From positions 9,974 through 73,973 of the forward strand of contig CAZAFB010000001.1 of the NCBI GenBank assembly GCA_964484505.1: a DNA stretch of 64,000 bases. The letters run 5' to 3'. The notes below the pieces were generated by a model. The model had not been told where the DNA came from. It saw nothing but the letters and a program-made list of their open reading frames with translations, and did no database searches. The translations under genes were made by a program, and so were the position numbers. Below, piece by piece: positions 46,338-56,798 of the stretch (positions are counted from its first letter, which is position 1; each line of letters starts with the position of its first letter). The DNA comes from an uncultured Bdellovibrionales bacterium. GTDB lineage: Bacteria; Patescibacteriota; Minisyncoccia; Moranbacterales; GWC2-37-73.

Positions 46338-47399
46338 ATGCAAAAGAAAAAAATAACGGTCATTATTCTCACAGTTCTGTTGCTTGTTTTTGCAACCTTA
46401 CTTTGGTGGGCGACAAACCAAATAGCTCAGGCCTATTCCGTCGGGATGCTTATTTTGGAATTGATTTCATTATCGTTGGCCTATATTTTTCTCCAGCTTA
46501 TCTCACTTTTCGTGCAAAGAGTCTTTTTTATTGAATGTATCGCGGTATGCGCTTTCGCCGTCAGTATCGTTTTTGCGCCGCATCTTTGGCACACAGTTTT
46601 TGTGGCACTGGCTTCACTGCTGCTTTTGCGCGGCCTTAGCATGATCCGCAAGGACATGCGTCTCAATGTCAAAATAAGTCTTTGGAAATCATTGCATTTG
46701 GGGAAAAACTTGTTGCTTTTTGCTTTTGCCCTGGTACTATCCAGCCAATATTTCTTTGCCGCGGCAAATCACAGCGGAGATGCGCTTATTCCAGGTCTGG
46801 AGGTAGGCAAAATCGGCAGCAAGCTTGTTTTGGAAGCTGTTTCCTATATCAATCCGCAGTACCAAACACTGAAGGAAGAAACTTTGACGGTTGATGATTT
46901 TCTTTTGCAATCATATAACCAGCGGCAGGATGAATATGCAGGACTGGATATCGAAAGTTTTGTTTCGATGCAGTCGGACATACAAAGTTTGCCGCCCGAA
47001 CAGCAGGAGATAATGAAAGATGAATTGAAAAAAAGAATTTCAAATATCAATCGAAGCACTGCGGATTTGCAGAAAGAATTAGCTCTCGAAGGAGGCAGAA
47101 TGGAGTTGGCTAAATTTGCTGGACGCGAAGTTTCCGGTAGCGAAAAAATTTCTCAAGTGTTTTCGAGTGCGATTGAATCGAAAATAAACGAATTCTTCGC
47201 CCCCAATGCCGAAATGCCCCAAAGAGCCAAAGCATATCAATTTATTGTCGCAATAGTTTTTTTTCTTTCCATATTTTCCACAGGCTCACTTTTCTGGTGG
47301 CCATGGACACTTTTAGCGGTAGGTATTTTCCGCTTTTGTGTAAGGCTAAAAGCAATTAGCATCGGTAAAATTCCGGTAGAGATGGAAATAATCGAATAA
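46338..47399 (+). CDS. Hypothetical membrane protein (N- and C-terminal TM segments with a central coiled coil)
   Basis: Hydrophobic N-terminal about 140 aa, central soluble region, C-terminal two TM helices. Confidence 0.45.
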   Translation: MQKKKITVIILTVLLLVFATLLWWATNQIAQAYSVGMLILELISLSLAYIFLQLISLFVQRVFFIECIAVCAFAVSIVFAPHLWHTVFVALASLLLLRGLSMIRKDMRLNVKISLWKSLHLGKNLLLFAFALVLSSQYFFAAANHSGDALIPGLEVGKIGSKLVLEAVSYINPQYQTLKEETLTVDDFLLQSYNQRQDEYAGLDIESFVSMQSDIQSLPPEQQEIMKDELKKRISNINRSTADLQKELALEGGRMELAKFAGREVSGSEKISQVFSSAIESKINEFFAPNAEMPQRAKAYQFIVAIVFFLSIFSTGSLFWWPWTLLAVGIFRFCVRLKAISIGKIPVEMEIIE

Positions 47400-47421
47400 A
47401 ACAAGCGTAGTATTCTAGGAA

Positions 47422-47448
47422 TTAGCACTCAACTGCAGGGATTGCTAA
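47422..47448. promoter_or_regulatory. CIRCE element (HrcA operator), TTAGCACTC-N9-GATTGCTAA
   Basis: 17/18 match to the consensus TTAGCACTC-N9-GAGTGCTAA; followed by a TATAAT box at 47468-47473. Confidence 0.7.
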
Positions 47449-47607
47449 TATTTTACGCATGTTGTATAATCTTGAAGTGCTATCTTAAGTTTTTGGTTCT
47501 ACAAATTACAAATATATACAAATTTACAAATGTATAAAAAACGGCAAGCCCCATTTTTTTATAGTAAATTTGTAATTGATTTATAATTTTGTAGGGACAA
47601 TTTAAAT

Positions 47608-48705
47608 ATGGCTAATGATTACTACAAAACTCTAGGTGTTGATAAAGGAGCTTCTGATGATGAGATCAAAAAAGCTTATCGCAAGCTGGCGCATAAATAT
47701 CATCCGGACAAAACCGGTGGCGATGCTGAGAAATTCAAGGAGATAAACGAGGCCTATCAGGTGCTTTCGGATAAGACCAAAAGGCAACAATATGATCAGT
47801 TTGGACAGACTTTTGAACAATCCGGACGTCAAGGGGGTTTTGGCGGGCAAGGGTTTGGAGGATTTGAAGGCTTCGATTTCTCCGGTTTTCAACAAGGCTT
47901 CGGTGGCCAGGGCTTCGGCGGTTTTGAAGATATCTTTTCCGATATTTTTGGTGGAGGCTCGCGTGGCGACAACCGCAAGACAGGACGAGATATTCAGGTA
48001 GACACCGAAATTTCATTTGAAGAAATGGTGCATGGAACTTCGCGTGAAATCAATCTGCGTCGCCCAGTGGTTTGCAGCAAATGCAAAGGCAGTGGCGCAG
48101 AGCCTGGAACGAGCGAGGAAACTTGCGCCACCTGCAAAGGAAGTGGCAAAGTGAGACGCAATATCCAAAGTTTCTTGGGTTCCATTTCACAAGTGACAAC
48201 ATGCCCCACTTGTCATGGGCGTGGCAAGATTATCAAAGACAAATGCAAAGAATGTGGTGGTGACGGAAGGGTGATGCGCGAAGAAAAAGTGCGCATCGAT
48301 ATTCCTGCGGGAATAGACAATGGACAAACTCTTTCCATGAGCGGTGGCGGGGAAGCAGGTGAACTTGGTGCGCGCAGCGGCGACCTATACGTCACGGTGC
48401 ATGTTTTGCCGCACAAAAGTTTTGTGCGCGAAGGACAAAACATCCGTTCAAACAAGCGCATTTCTTTTTCCAAAGCAACTTTAGGCAGCAAGATTGATGT
48501 GGAAACGATTGATGGTCATGTGAGCATGAAAGTGCCTTCGGGCACACAATCCGGTGAAGTGTTCCGCATCAAAGGTAAAGGCGTTCCCGTACTTGGGCGT
48601 AGTGGTCGCGGTGATCATCTTGTTAAAATAATCGTGGATGTGCCCAAGAATATTTCTCGTGCCCAGAGAAAAATTATAGAGGATTTAGAAAAAGAGGGCC
48701 TATAA
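47608..48705 (+). CDS. dnaJ: Molecular chaperone DnaJ
   Basis: J-domain HPD (KYHPDK), G/F-rich region, four CxxCxGxG repeats and a C-terminal domain. Confidence 0.85.
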   Translation: MANDYYKTLGVDKGASDDEIKKAYRKLAHKYHPDKTGGDAEKFKEINEAYQVLSDKTKRQQYDQFGQTFEQSGRQGGFGGQGFGGFEGFDFSGFQQGFGGQGFGGFEDIFSDIFGGGSRGDNRKTGRDIQVDTEISFEEMVHGTSREINLRRPVVCSKCKGSGAEPGTSEETCATCKGSGKVRRNIQSFLGSISQVTTCPTCHGRGKIIKDKCKECGGDGRVMREEKVRIDIPAGIDNGQTLSMSGGGEAGELGARSGDLYVTVHVLPHKSFVREGQNIRSNKRISFSKATLGSKIDVETIDGHVSMKVPSGTQSGEVFRIKGKGVPVLGRSGRGDHLVKIIVDVPKNISRAQRKIIEDLEKEGL

Positions 48706-48736
48706 ACAAAAGCTTTTGGTGATGATATGGCGAAAT

Positions 48737-48770
48737 CCCAGACATTCAATGTCTAGGATTTTTTTTATTT
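48737..48770 (+). terminator. Hairpin containing GACAT-TCA-ATGTC, followed by a T-run
   Basis: cccagacat-tca-atgtctagg, then attttttttatttttc. Lies about 70 bp upstream of the acetyl-CoA synthetase start, with TATAAT at 48782-48787. Confidence 0.5.
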
Positions 48771-48819
48771 TTCTAATGGTGTATAATGAAAAGAGGTAAA
48801 AAGCCAAAATTAACGCTAT

Positions 48820-50886
48820 ATGGAAACAAAAAAAGATATAAAAAGATTGTTTGCGCCCAAGTCAATCGCAATTGTTGGGGCTTCGGATAAACCTGGAAAA
48901 GTAGGAACAGTAATCGCGCAAAACATCTCTCAACTTGGGTTTAAGGGAAAAATATTTTATGTAAATCAAGCAAATCAGGAGTTATACGGTCAGAAATGTT
49001 ATGCGGCGCTATCCGATATAGAAGAATCTGTCGATCTTGCCATCATCGCAGTGCCGGCGCAATTTGTTGTCGATGTTGTGCGCAATGCTGCTGATAAAAT
49101 AAAAAATTACGTTGTAATTTCGGCAGGTTTTTCAGAGATAGGCGAAGAGGGAAAGAGCAGGGAGGAAGAATTGCATTCCATGGCTGACGAAAAAGGACTG
49201 AATATTTTGGGACCGAATTGTCTCGGCTTTATTGTTCCAGGTTTGAAGCTCAACGCTTCTTTCGCCGGTGGCATGCCTGAAACCGGTAATATTTCATTCG
49301 TTTCCCAATCAGGCGCGCTGGCTGTGGCCATGATGGATATTGCCAAAAAGGAAAATTTGCGTTTCTCTAGCATTATTTCCGTCGGAAATAAGATGCAATT
49401 GAGCGAGATAGATTTGCTTGATTATTTGGTTCAAGATAAAAATACCAAAGTGATTGGTATGTATTTGGAAGGAATAAAAGAAGGTATTGGATTTATTGAA
49501 GCGGCACAGTTTGTTTCAAGCACAAAACCGATCGTGGTTCTCAAGGCCGGCAAAACGGACAAATCTCAAAAAGCGATCTCTTCACATACTGGTGCGCTGG
49601 CGGGAAGTGATGAGATTTTTTCTGTAGCCTGCAAAAAAGCAGGTGTGATCAGGGCCAATGATCTTGACGAATTCTTTTCACTGCTCAAATTATTTTCTTC
49701 AGTCGATTCGCCAAAAAACGAAAAAGTCGCAGTTTTGACTAATGCCGGCGGTGCAGGCGTACTTACGTCGGACGCCTTCAAAGGAAAGGTCGTTAAACTT
49801 GCCGATATTTCTGCGGACACAAAAGAAAAACTCAGAGCTATTCTTCCGGCGGAATCTTCTGTGGAAAACCCGATTGATGTTTTGGGCGATGCGAAAGAAG
49901 ATCGTTATGGGAAGGCATTACAAAGTTTGGAAGATGAGGATCTGGGAACTATTATCTGCGTACTTACCCCGCAGCAGCAAACTCCTGTGGAAGCTATAGC
50001 GGATGAAATAATTGAGTATGCAAAAAAAACTAACAAAACTATTGTCACTTTGTTCATTGGCGGAGAAAGAATCGAATCATCAGTTTTGAAATTGCAAGCC
50101 GCAGGCGTGCCCAATTTTTCCTATCCGGAGCAGACGGTTAACGCGCTGGCAAGCTATTTCCAATGGAAAAACTCAGCTCATTTCGCTCCCGGGTCTTTTG
50201 AGATGGATGATGATCGTCGAGGAAAAATTGGTGAGATGATCAAAGAAGCAAAGGAGGCGAGGAAGAAAGCGTTGCTCTATACGCAAGCAGTTAAAGTAAT
50301 GAAAAGCTATGGCATCAAATCGGTCCCATGTATCGTTTTGGGAAATGCCAAAGAAATTCCGGAGGACATGGAATATCCGGTAGTGGTCAAGGTCGACAGT
50401 GATACCGTTTTGCACAAAACCGACAAGCAGGGCCTTATTTTAGGAATAAAAGACAGAGAAGGCTTGGCGGCGGCTATTGCCAAGTTGCAAGATAATTTCC
50501 CGGGAGAGCAAATAATCGCTCAGCCGATGCGCAATAAATTTGCAGAAATTATTCTTGGTATAAAACGTGACAGCATCTTCGGACCGGTTGTTGTTTACGG
50601 TCTGGGCGGTATCTATACGGAAGTTTTCAAAATGGTTGATTTTATCATTCCTCCCATGACTGTGGAACAGATAATTGCAAACATCAAAGAGAGCAAGGTC
50701 GCTTTCCTGTTTGAATCGGTGCGCGGCCAGAAACCTTGCGATATAGAATCGTTTGCGCAGACATTGGAGGCTTTGGGTAGGTTTGCTTTGGAAAATGAAA
50801 ATTTTGCCGAGTTTGATATCAACCCTTTGTTTATCTATAATGACGACAGAGAACCAATAGCCGTTGATATAAAGATAATCTTTTGA
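48820..50886 (+). CDS. Acetyl-CoA synthetase (ADP-forming), fused alpha/beta (NDP-forming acyl-CoA synthetase)
   Basis: N-terminal CoA-binding (SIAIVGASDKPGKVG), a succinyl-CoA-synthetase-like ligase domain and a C-terminal ATP-grasp. Confidence 0.75.
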   Translation: METKKDIKRLFAPKSIAIVGASDKPGKVGTVIAQNISQLGFKGKIFYVNQANQELYGQKCYAALSDIEESVDLAIIAVPAQFVVDVVRNAADKIKNYVVISAGFSEIGEEGKSREEELHSMADEKGLNILGPNCLGFIVPGLKLNASFAGGMPETGNISFVSQSGALAVAMMDIAKKENLRFSSIISVGNKMQLSEIDLLDYLVQDKNTKVIGMYLEGIKEGIGFIEAAQFVSSTKPIVVLKAGKTDKSQKAISSHTGALAGSDEIFSVACKKAGVIRANDLDEFFSLLKLFSSVDSPKNEKVAVLTNAGGAGVLTSDAFKGKVVKLADISADTKEKLRAILPAESSVENPIDVLGDAKEDRYGKALQSLEDEDLGTIICVLTPQQQTPVEAIADEIIEYAKKTNKTIVTLFIGGERIESSVLKLQAAGVPNFSYPEQTVNALASYFQWKNSAHFAPGSFEMDDDRRGKIGEMIKEAKEARKKALLYTQAVKVMKSYGIKSVPCIVLGNAKEIPEDMEYPVVVKVDSDTVLHKTDKQGLILGIKDREGLAAAIAKLQDNFPGEQIIAQPMRNKFAEIILGIKRDSIFGPVVVYGLGGIYTEVFKMVDFIIPPMTVEQIIANIKESKVAFLFESVRGQKPCDIESFAQTLEALGRFALENENFAEFDINPLFIYNDDREPIAVDIKIIF

Positions 50887-50978
50887 TTTTTACGAACTAC
50901 TAATTAATACTAAATACGAAAATGTAGGAAAAAACAAAATACGCTATAGCTATTTTTTCGTATTTCGTAAAAAAAATT

Positions 50979-51551
50979 ATGGATAAATCAAAAATTCTTA
51001 TTGTTGAAGACGATGTGCCAACTCGAAGCATGTATGCGGAAGTTTTTCAAGCGGCCGACTATCAAGTGCTTGAGGCAAATGACGGTGTTGAGGGATTGGA
51101 CATAGCAACGCGTGAGCTTCCGGATGTTATATTCACCGGCATCATCATGCCCAGAATGGACGGATTTGAAATGATGGAAGCGCTGCAAAAAACCGTTACT
51201 ACGTCAAAAATTCCCGTGGTGATCTGCTCGCATATGGGCAGGGAAATGGATCAACAAAGAGCTAATCAGCTGGGAGCGAAGGATTTTATCGTTCGTGGAA
51301 TCGTTACGCCTGCTGAAACCGTGCAAAGAATAAGCGCCCTGCTTGTGCAAAGCGGCGATATTTTTAAGATAGTTTTTGATCCACTCGCGGGGGATGCTCC
51401 CAAATTAGCTAGTGATTTGAAATTTGCCCAAAACTATCAGTGTCTTAATTGCGGCGAAAAAATGATTTTACAACTCAAATTGAAAGAAGCCAAAGAGCGT
51501 TTGTTTGAGGCAAAATTCGTTTGTCCTAATTGTGGCAAGGAAGCGAAGTAG
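50979..51551 (+). CDS. Response-regulator receiver protein with a C-terminal CxxC...CxxC zinc ribbon
   Basis: ILIVEDD...D...IFTGIIMPRMDG receiver; C-terminal CLNCG...CPNCG. Confidence 0.65.
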   Translation: MDKSKILIVEDDVPTRSMYAEVFQAADYQVLEANDGVEGLDIATRELPDVIFTGIIMPRMDGFEMMEALQKTVTTSKIPVVICSHMGREMDQQRANQLGAKDFIVRGIVTPAETVQRISALLVQSGDIFKIVFDPLAGDAPKLASDLKFAQNYQCLNCGEKMILQLKLKEAKERLFEAKFVCPNCGKEAK

Positions 51552-51610
51552 GATACTCAGATGACATTAATAAAAATTTGAATGACTCGAATGAAATTCA
51601 GAAATAACGT

Positions 51611-53326
51611 ATGGCCAAGTGGACTGTTAAGGATATGAAAACCGAAAAAAATAATCTTGCGGATGCGCGCCTAATGCATCCGGTTTTGGTGCGTATTTTG
51701 GGAGGAAGAAATATTATATCCCGTGATGAAGTGGAATCTTTTCTGAATCCTGATTATTCTTTACATATGCACGACCCGTTTATTTTTTCGCAGATGGAGA
51801 AAGTAATGGAGCGAATAAAGACAGCCAAGGAAAGGAAAGAGACGGTGGCCATTTTCGGCGACTATGACGCGGATGGCATCACTTCCACCATAATTTTACG
51901 CGAAACTCTCGAACAATTGAACTTGAAATGCATTATATATATTCCCGACAAAAAAGTTGAGGGATATGGCTTGAATATTGCAGCTATCGAATATTTCAAA
52001 GAGCAGGGCGCGGAGCTTATCTTCACGGTAGACTGCGGCATAACAAGCATCGAGCAGGTTTCGTATGCGAAAAAAAATGGATTGGAAACGATAGTTATCG
52101 ATCACCACCAGGTTCAGGAAAAACTGCCGGAAGCCTTTGCCATAATCAATCCCCACATGAAGGATTGTGGATACCCTTTTGCGCAATTGGCTGGCGTCGG
52201 CGTGACTTTTAAGGTGGTACAAGCGATCTATCAGCGGTTCATGCCGGAAAAATCAGATCAAACGAAATGGCTTTTGGATCTGGTAGCGATCGGAACGATT
52301 GCTGACTGCGTTCCTTTAATCAACGAAAACCGGGTGATTGCCAAATATGGCTTAATAGTGCTTTCCAAGACGCGTCGCATCGGTATTCGCGAACTTTGCA
52401 AAGTGGGCAGGATTGATTTTGAATCTCTCGAAGCGCAATCTGATGCCCAAAAAGTTTCTTTCTATATCGCACCACGTATCAATGCTGCCGGCAGAATCGA
52501 TCATGCAAATACCGCCTATGAATTGCTTTCCACAACTGACGAAATCACTTCTCGCGATCGTGCGTTGGAAATAGAAGGACATAATCAACAACGGCAAAAA
52601 ATAACTGAGCAAGTCACACAAGAGGTGCGCGTGGTAGCTCAGAATTTATATAAAGACAAGCCGCTGGTTTTTGGTATCGGAGAACATTTTCCGGCCGGCA
52701 TAGTGGGACTTGTGGCTGGTAAAATAACGTCAGAGTATAATAAGCCGGCAGTAATTTTGCAAAAAGGAGAAAAAGAAAGCAAAGGATCGTTGCGCAGTAT
52801 TCCGTTGGTGAACATAGTTGATGTTTTAACGCGTTGCAGTGATTTGTTGCTTAAGTTCGGTGGCCATGCGCAAGCGGCCGGCATAACCATAGCCAATGAT
52901 AAATTGGACGCTTTTCATGACAGATTGCTTAAAATAGTCGAAAAGATGGTCGATGGCGTTGATATTTCTCCGGAAATACATATTGATACGGAAGTAAGTT
53001 CCGCTGAGATTGATTTTGAGTTGCTCGCCGGCCTGGAGAAAATGCGGCCTTTTGGCGAAGGTAATCCCGAGCCCGTTTTACTTATGAAAGATTTATTAGT
53101 TGATGAAGCTCGCATTGTCGGTAATGGGCAAAAGCACTATAAATTGAAGTTACGTGCCGAGGATAGCCCGAAAATATTCGATGCAATTTGCTGGAAAGGC
53201 GTGGAAAAATATGGCGCACTTGCCGCAGGCACAGTGGTTGATGTTATTTTTACGCTGCAGAAGGATGAGTGGAATGGGAATAGGAAGATACAGATGAATG
53301 TTGTTGATGTTAAAGTAAAAAATTAG
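51611..53326 (+). CDS. recJ: Single-stranded-DNA-specific exonuclease RecJ
   Basis: DHH (IFGDYDADGITS), DHHA1 (GGHAQAAG) and a C-terminal OB fold. Confidence 0.8.
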   Translation: MAKWTVKDMKTEKNNLADARLMHPVLVRILGGRNIISRDEVESFLNPDYSLHMHDPFIFSQMEKVMERIKTAKERKETVAIFGDYDADGITSTIILRETLEQLNLKCIIYIPDKKVEGYGLNIAAIEYFKEQGAELIFTVDCGITSIEQVSYAKKNGLETIVIDHHQVQEKLPEAFAIINPHMKDCGYPFAQLAGVGVTFKVVQAIYQRFMPEKSDQTKWLLDLVAIGTIADCVPLINENRVIAKYGLIVLSKTRRIGIRELCKVGRIDFESLEAQSDAQKVSFYIAPRINAAGRIDHANTAYELLSTTDEITSRDRALEIEGHNQQRQKITEQVTQEVRVVAQNLYKDKPLVFGIGEHFPAGIVGLVAGKITSEYNKPAVILQKGEKESKGSLRSIPLVNIVDVLTRCSDLLLKFGGHAQAAGITIANDKLDAFHDRLLKIVEKMVDGVDISPEIHIDTEVSSAEIDFELLAGLEKMRPFGEGNPEPVLLMKDLLVDEARIVGNGQKHYKLKLRAEDSPKIFDAICWKGVEKYGALAAGTVVDVIFTLQKDEWNGNRKIQMNVVDVKVKN

Positions 53327-53444
53327 TTTTTTTGGATATTTCAATTTATTTCGCAAAGCTTATTTCAATATATTTCGACAAAAATAGAAATATATTGAGA
53401 TACATGGAGATACATTGAGATAAATTGTAATTAGGGGTAAAGAA

Positions 53445-54590
53445 ATGAAGATTGCATTAGTCCATGATTATCTCGTCCAATATGGTGGGGCCGAAAGGGT
53501 GCTCGAGTGTTTTGCCGAGCTTTTTCCCTATGCACCGATATATACTTTGGTTTATGACAAGGATGCAATGCATGGTGTTTTTGAAAATCGCAAAATCCAT
53601 ACTTCTTTTCTGCAGAATTTGCCGTTTGCCAAAAAACGCCACCGGCTTTTTCCGTTACTTATGCCGTTGGCAATCGAACAATTTGACTTTTCCCAATATG
53701 ACATCGTGCTTTCCGATTCGTCCAGCTTTGCCAAAGGTATCATAACCAAGCCAGGCACGCTGCACATTTGTTATATGCACACCCCGATGCGCTATGCTTG
53801 GGATGATTGTCAAAAATATACCCAAGATTTTTATTTCCCCAGATTCATCAAGCGCGCGGTGCCTTTTGCAATGAACTATTTGCGCGTTTGGGACCGGGTC
53901 AGTGCCGACCGCATAGATTGCCTGATAGCAAATTCGCAGTTTGTTGCCAATCGTATCAGTAAATATTACCGAAAAGAATCCGCAGTTATTCATCCGCCAG
54001 TAACGTTGGAAAAATTCCGTTTAGGTAAATTTTTATCCGGTGAAAAAGAGAAGTATTATTTGATGGTTGGAAGACTCATCGCATACAAGCGAAACGATAT
54101 TGCCATAGAAGCTTTTAACAGATTGAAATTGCCGCTTAAGATTATCGGCCGTGGGCCGGAAATGAAAAGATTAAAAAAAATGGCCGGGCCGACAATTGAA
54201 TTTTTAGGCAGAGTCGATGATGATAAATTAGCCCAATATTACAGTAATTGTAAGGCGTTTATTTTTCCTCAGGAAGAAGATTTCGGTATTGTGGCGGTTG
54301 AAGCGCTCGCTTCCGGCAGGCCATTGGTTGCTTATCGGGGCGGCGATATTCCTGAGCACATGGAGGAAGGGAAGATGGGCGTGTTGTTCGATAGTCAAAC
54401 ATCGGAAGATATTGTCAAGGCAGTGAAAAAAATAGAAAAGATGGAATTCGATTCCCAATATATCAGAGATAAGGTTCTTAAGTTTGACAAAGAGATATTT
54501 AAGACTAAAATAAAAGACTACGTTGAGAGGGCAGTAAGAGAACATAAATCAGTAAACAGCGATCAAAGAACAAAGATCAAAGAACAATAA
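53445..54590 (+). CDS. Glycosyltransferase family 1 (GT4)
   Basis: GT4 fold; C-terminal FIFPQEEDFGIVAVEALASGRPLVA. Confidence 0.65.
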   Translation: MKIALVHDYLVQYGGAERVLECFAELFPYAPIYTLVYDKDAMHGVFENRKIHTSFLQNLPFAKKRHRLFPLLMPLAIEQFDFSQYDIVLSDSSSFAKGIITKPGTLHICYMHTPMRYAWDDCQKYTQDFYFPRFIKRAVPFAMNYLRVWDRVSADRIDCLIANSQFVANRISKYYRKESAVIHPPVTLEKFRLGKFLSGEKEKYYLMVGRLIAYKRNDIAIEAFNRLKLPLKIIGRGPEMKRLKKMAGPTIEFLGRVDDDKLAQYYSNCKAFIFPQEEDFGIVAVEALASGRPLVAYRGGDIPEHMEEGKMGVLFDSQTSEDIVKAVKKIEKMEFDSQYIRDKVLKFDKEIFKTKIKDYVERAVREHKSVNSDQRTKIKEQ

Positions 54591-54608
54591 ATTTTTTCAA
54601 TAGAATAT

Positions 54609-55199
54609 ATGGAACTAAAGGAGCTGGTTAAGATTTTTTGGAAATATCGCATGACTTTCGTTTTGGTGACTTTGCTGACGGTTGCGGTCGCTTTTGCGTG
54701 GAGTTTGCTTTTGCCAAAAAATTATGCCGCGTCGCTCATGCTCAACGTGACGCGCACCGCTGCGCAGCAAACCAGCGAATATACCTATGATGATTTCTAT
54801 CGCCTACAAGCTGACGAGCGCTACGCGGACACGATCGTGAGGTGGCTGGGTGATCCGCGTGTGATTGCGGATATCTATTCTTCCGCAAAAGTTTCCCTAC
54901 ATCCGAGTGAATCGCTTGGCGCTAAGCGACTTTCCTCGCAAATGATCAGTGTCACGTTCGTTTCGCCGACAGTGGAAGCCGCCAAAAAAACGGCAAGTTC
55001 CATTGTTGATGTTTTGAACAAGCAAACGGAAGAACTTAACAAGCGACAAAAACAAGAAAATTGGTTCTATATCTTGGGTAGCGAGCCGGTCATCACAGTC
55101 GCCGGCTGGCCCTGGCCCAAACTTCTTCTCGCCTCACTTCTTTTTGGCATATTTCTCTCATTCTGGACCGTTCTCGGAAGACACTACTTCGAGAAATAA
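54609..55199 (+). CDS. Wzz-like polysaccharide chain-length determinant domain protein
   Basis: N-terminal TM, Wzz N-terminal domain (ELVKIFWKYRMTF...) and a C-terminal TM. Confidence 0.5.
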   Translation: MELKELVKIFWKYRMTFVLVTLLTVAVAFAWSLLLPKNYAASLMLNVTRTAAQQTSEYTYDDFYRLQADERYADTIVRWLGDPRVIADIYSSAKVSLHPSESLGAKRLSSQMISVTFVSPTVEAAKKTASSIVDVLNKQTEELNKRQKQENWFYILGSEPVITVAGWPWPKLLLASLLFGIFLSFWTVLGRHYFEK

Positions 55200-55232
55200 A
55201 AAAACCGCAAGGTTTTTGCGGTGCTGCTTTAA
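55197..55232. terminator. Bidirectional terminator
   Basis: accgcaa-ggttt-ttgcggt hairpin flanked by A-run and T-run. Confidence 0.5.
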
Positions 55233-55233
55233 T

Positions 55234-55416
55234 TTAGAGCTTCTTTTTTCTGATTAAATCGAGGGCAATTTTGGCACCCTTTTTAACCAGGTCCTCTGAA
55301 AAAAATAGGGTAATTTGTTTGGAAAAAACATCTTTCTCAAATCCTAATGTTTTTCCATCATCTCCTCGGGTTAAAAATATTTTTAACCCAAATTTTTCTT
55401 CTTTTTTTCTGGACAT
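55234..55416 (-). CDS. Hypothetical 60-aa basic protein
   Basis: AAGGAGGAG RBS, 3 nt, then ATG (MSRKKEEKFGLKIF...). The track's version is longer. Confidence 0.35.
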   Translation of the reverse strand: MSRKKEEKFGLKIFLTRGDDGKTLGFEKDVFSKQITLFFSEDLVKKGAKIALDLIRKKKL

Positions 55417-55615
55417 GTTCTCCTCCTTTTTTGAGATAGGCCTTTTAAAGGCCTCTTCCAACTTCAGTTTTCAGGTACTTAGGCTTAATTATACTCCTTT
55501 TTTGGCAAAAAGTCAAGGGTTGGCGGATGGAGACAAAAGGCGTATGATTAAAGACTATATAATCGGTTAAGTTAAATGGTTATAAAACCCGTGTGGTTTG
55601 GGGGTTAATACTGGC

Positions 55616-56776
55616 ATGTCTAAAATAGGAATCGATATACGTTGCCTTGTTGACGGGAAGAGAACTGGAGTGGAGGAATACACGCTGGGTCTTTTGGAAC
55701 AGGTTTTTGAGATGGACCAAAAAAATAAATATATTTTGTTTTTGAATTCCTGGAAGCCGCCTAAGTTTAATCTGAAAATTTTTGAAAAATATCCGAACGT
55801 CAAAATCAAACAATTCCGCGTGCCTAACAAAATTCTGAATTTTTGTTTTTGGTATCTCGGGTGGCCCAAGGTTGACAAAATGCTCGGGGGCATCGATGTT
55901 TTTTTTATGCCTAACATCAACTTCGTCGCACTTTCTAAAAAAGTAAAGCTTATCCTCACTATTCACGACCTTTCTTTTGAAAGATTTCCGGAAATGTTCT
56001 CGCTCAAACGTCGTCTTTGGCACGCGATCATTAATCCGAAAAAACTGTGCCAAAGGGCGGATGCGGTGATTGCTGTTTCCGATTCCACCAAGGAAGACAT
56101 CGTTGAATTATATCGGATCGATTCTGAAAAGGTGCATCGGATCTATAACAGCGTCAGCGACGAGTGCCAGATGATTGATCGCAATGAGCCAAATCTTTTG
56201 GAAGTTAAGGAAAAATATCGCTTGCCTTATGCATTCATTCTTTTTTTGGGAACGATCGAGCCTAGAAAAAACGTTATTGCGATAGCAAGAGCTTTCGATA
56301 AACTGAAATCCTTGAATAATCCGCAACTGGAAAAATATAAGCTGGTTATCGCGGGAGGAAAAGGTTGGAGTACGAAGCCCATATTTGAAGAGTTGCGTTC
56401 TTGCAAACACACGGATGACATAATATATATCGGCAGGATCGATGACGCGGACAAACCGGCGCTATATAATCTTGCTTCGCTTTTCGTATATCCTTCATAT
56501 TATGAAGGATTTGGTATGCCGGTTTTGGAAGCGATGAAATGTTCTGTCCCGGTGGTTGCTTCGCACACTTCTTCATTGGGAGAGATTGTGGCGGAAGCGG
56601 GAATTTTGGTGCATCCGGAAAAACCGCAGGAACTTTTTGATTCGATCAAGGAGGTTTTGCTTAATCGAGATCTTTCTGATAGATTGAAATTGTCAGGATT
56701 AAGAAGGGCTTGCATGTTCAGTTGGCGCGCCAGTGCCAAGGAATTTTTGGAAACAGTCAGATCTTTGATGCAATAA
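55616..56776 (+). CDS. Glycosyltransferase family 1 (GT4)
   Basis: EGFGMPVLEAMKCSVPVV. Start probably MSKIG at 55616; the track gives 55598. Confidence 0.7.
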   Translation: MSKIGIDIRCLVDGKRTGVEEYTLGLLEQVFEMDQKNKYILFLNSWKPPKFNLKIFEKYPNVKIKQFRVPNKILNFCFWYLGWPKVDKMLGGIDVFFMPNINFVALSKKVKLILTIHDLSFERFPEMFSLKRRLWHAIINPKKLCQRADAVIAVSDSTKEDIVELYRIDSEKVHRIYNSVSDECQMIDRNEPNLLEVKEKYRLPYAFILFLGTIEPRKNVIAIARAFDKLKSLNNPQLEKYKLVIAGGKGWSTKPIFEELRSCKHTDDIIYIGRIDDADKPALYNLASLFVYPSYYEGFGMPVLEAMKCSVPVVASHTSSLGEIVAEAGILVHPEKPQELFDSIKEVLLNRDLSDRLKLSGLRRACMFSWRASAKEFLETVRSLMQ

Positions 56777-56798
56777 AAACCAATGGAAAGGAGTTTTT

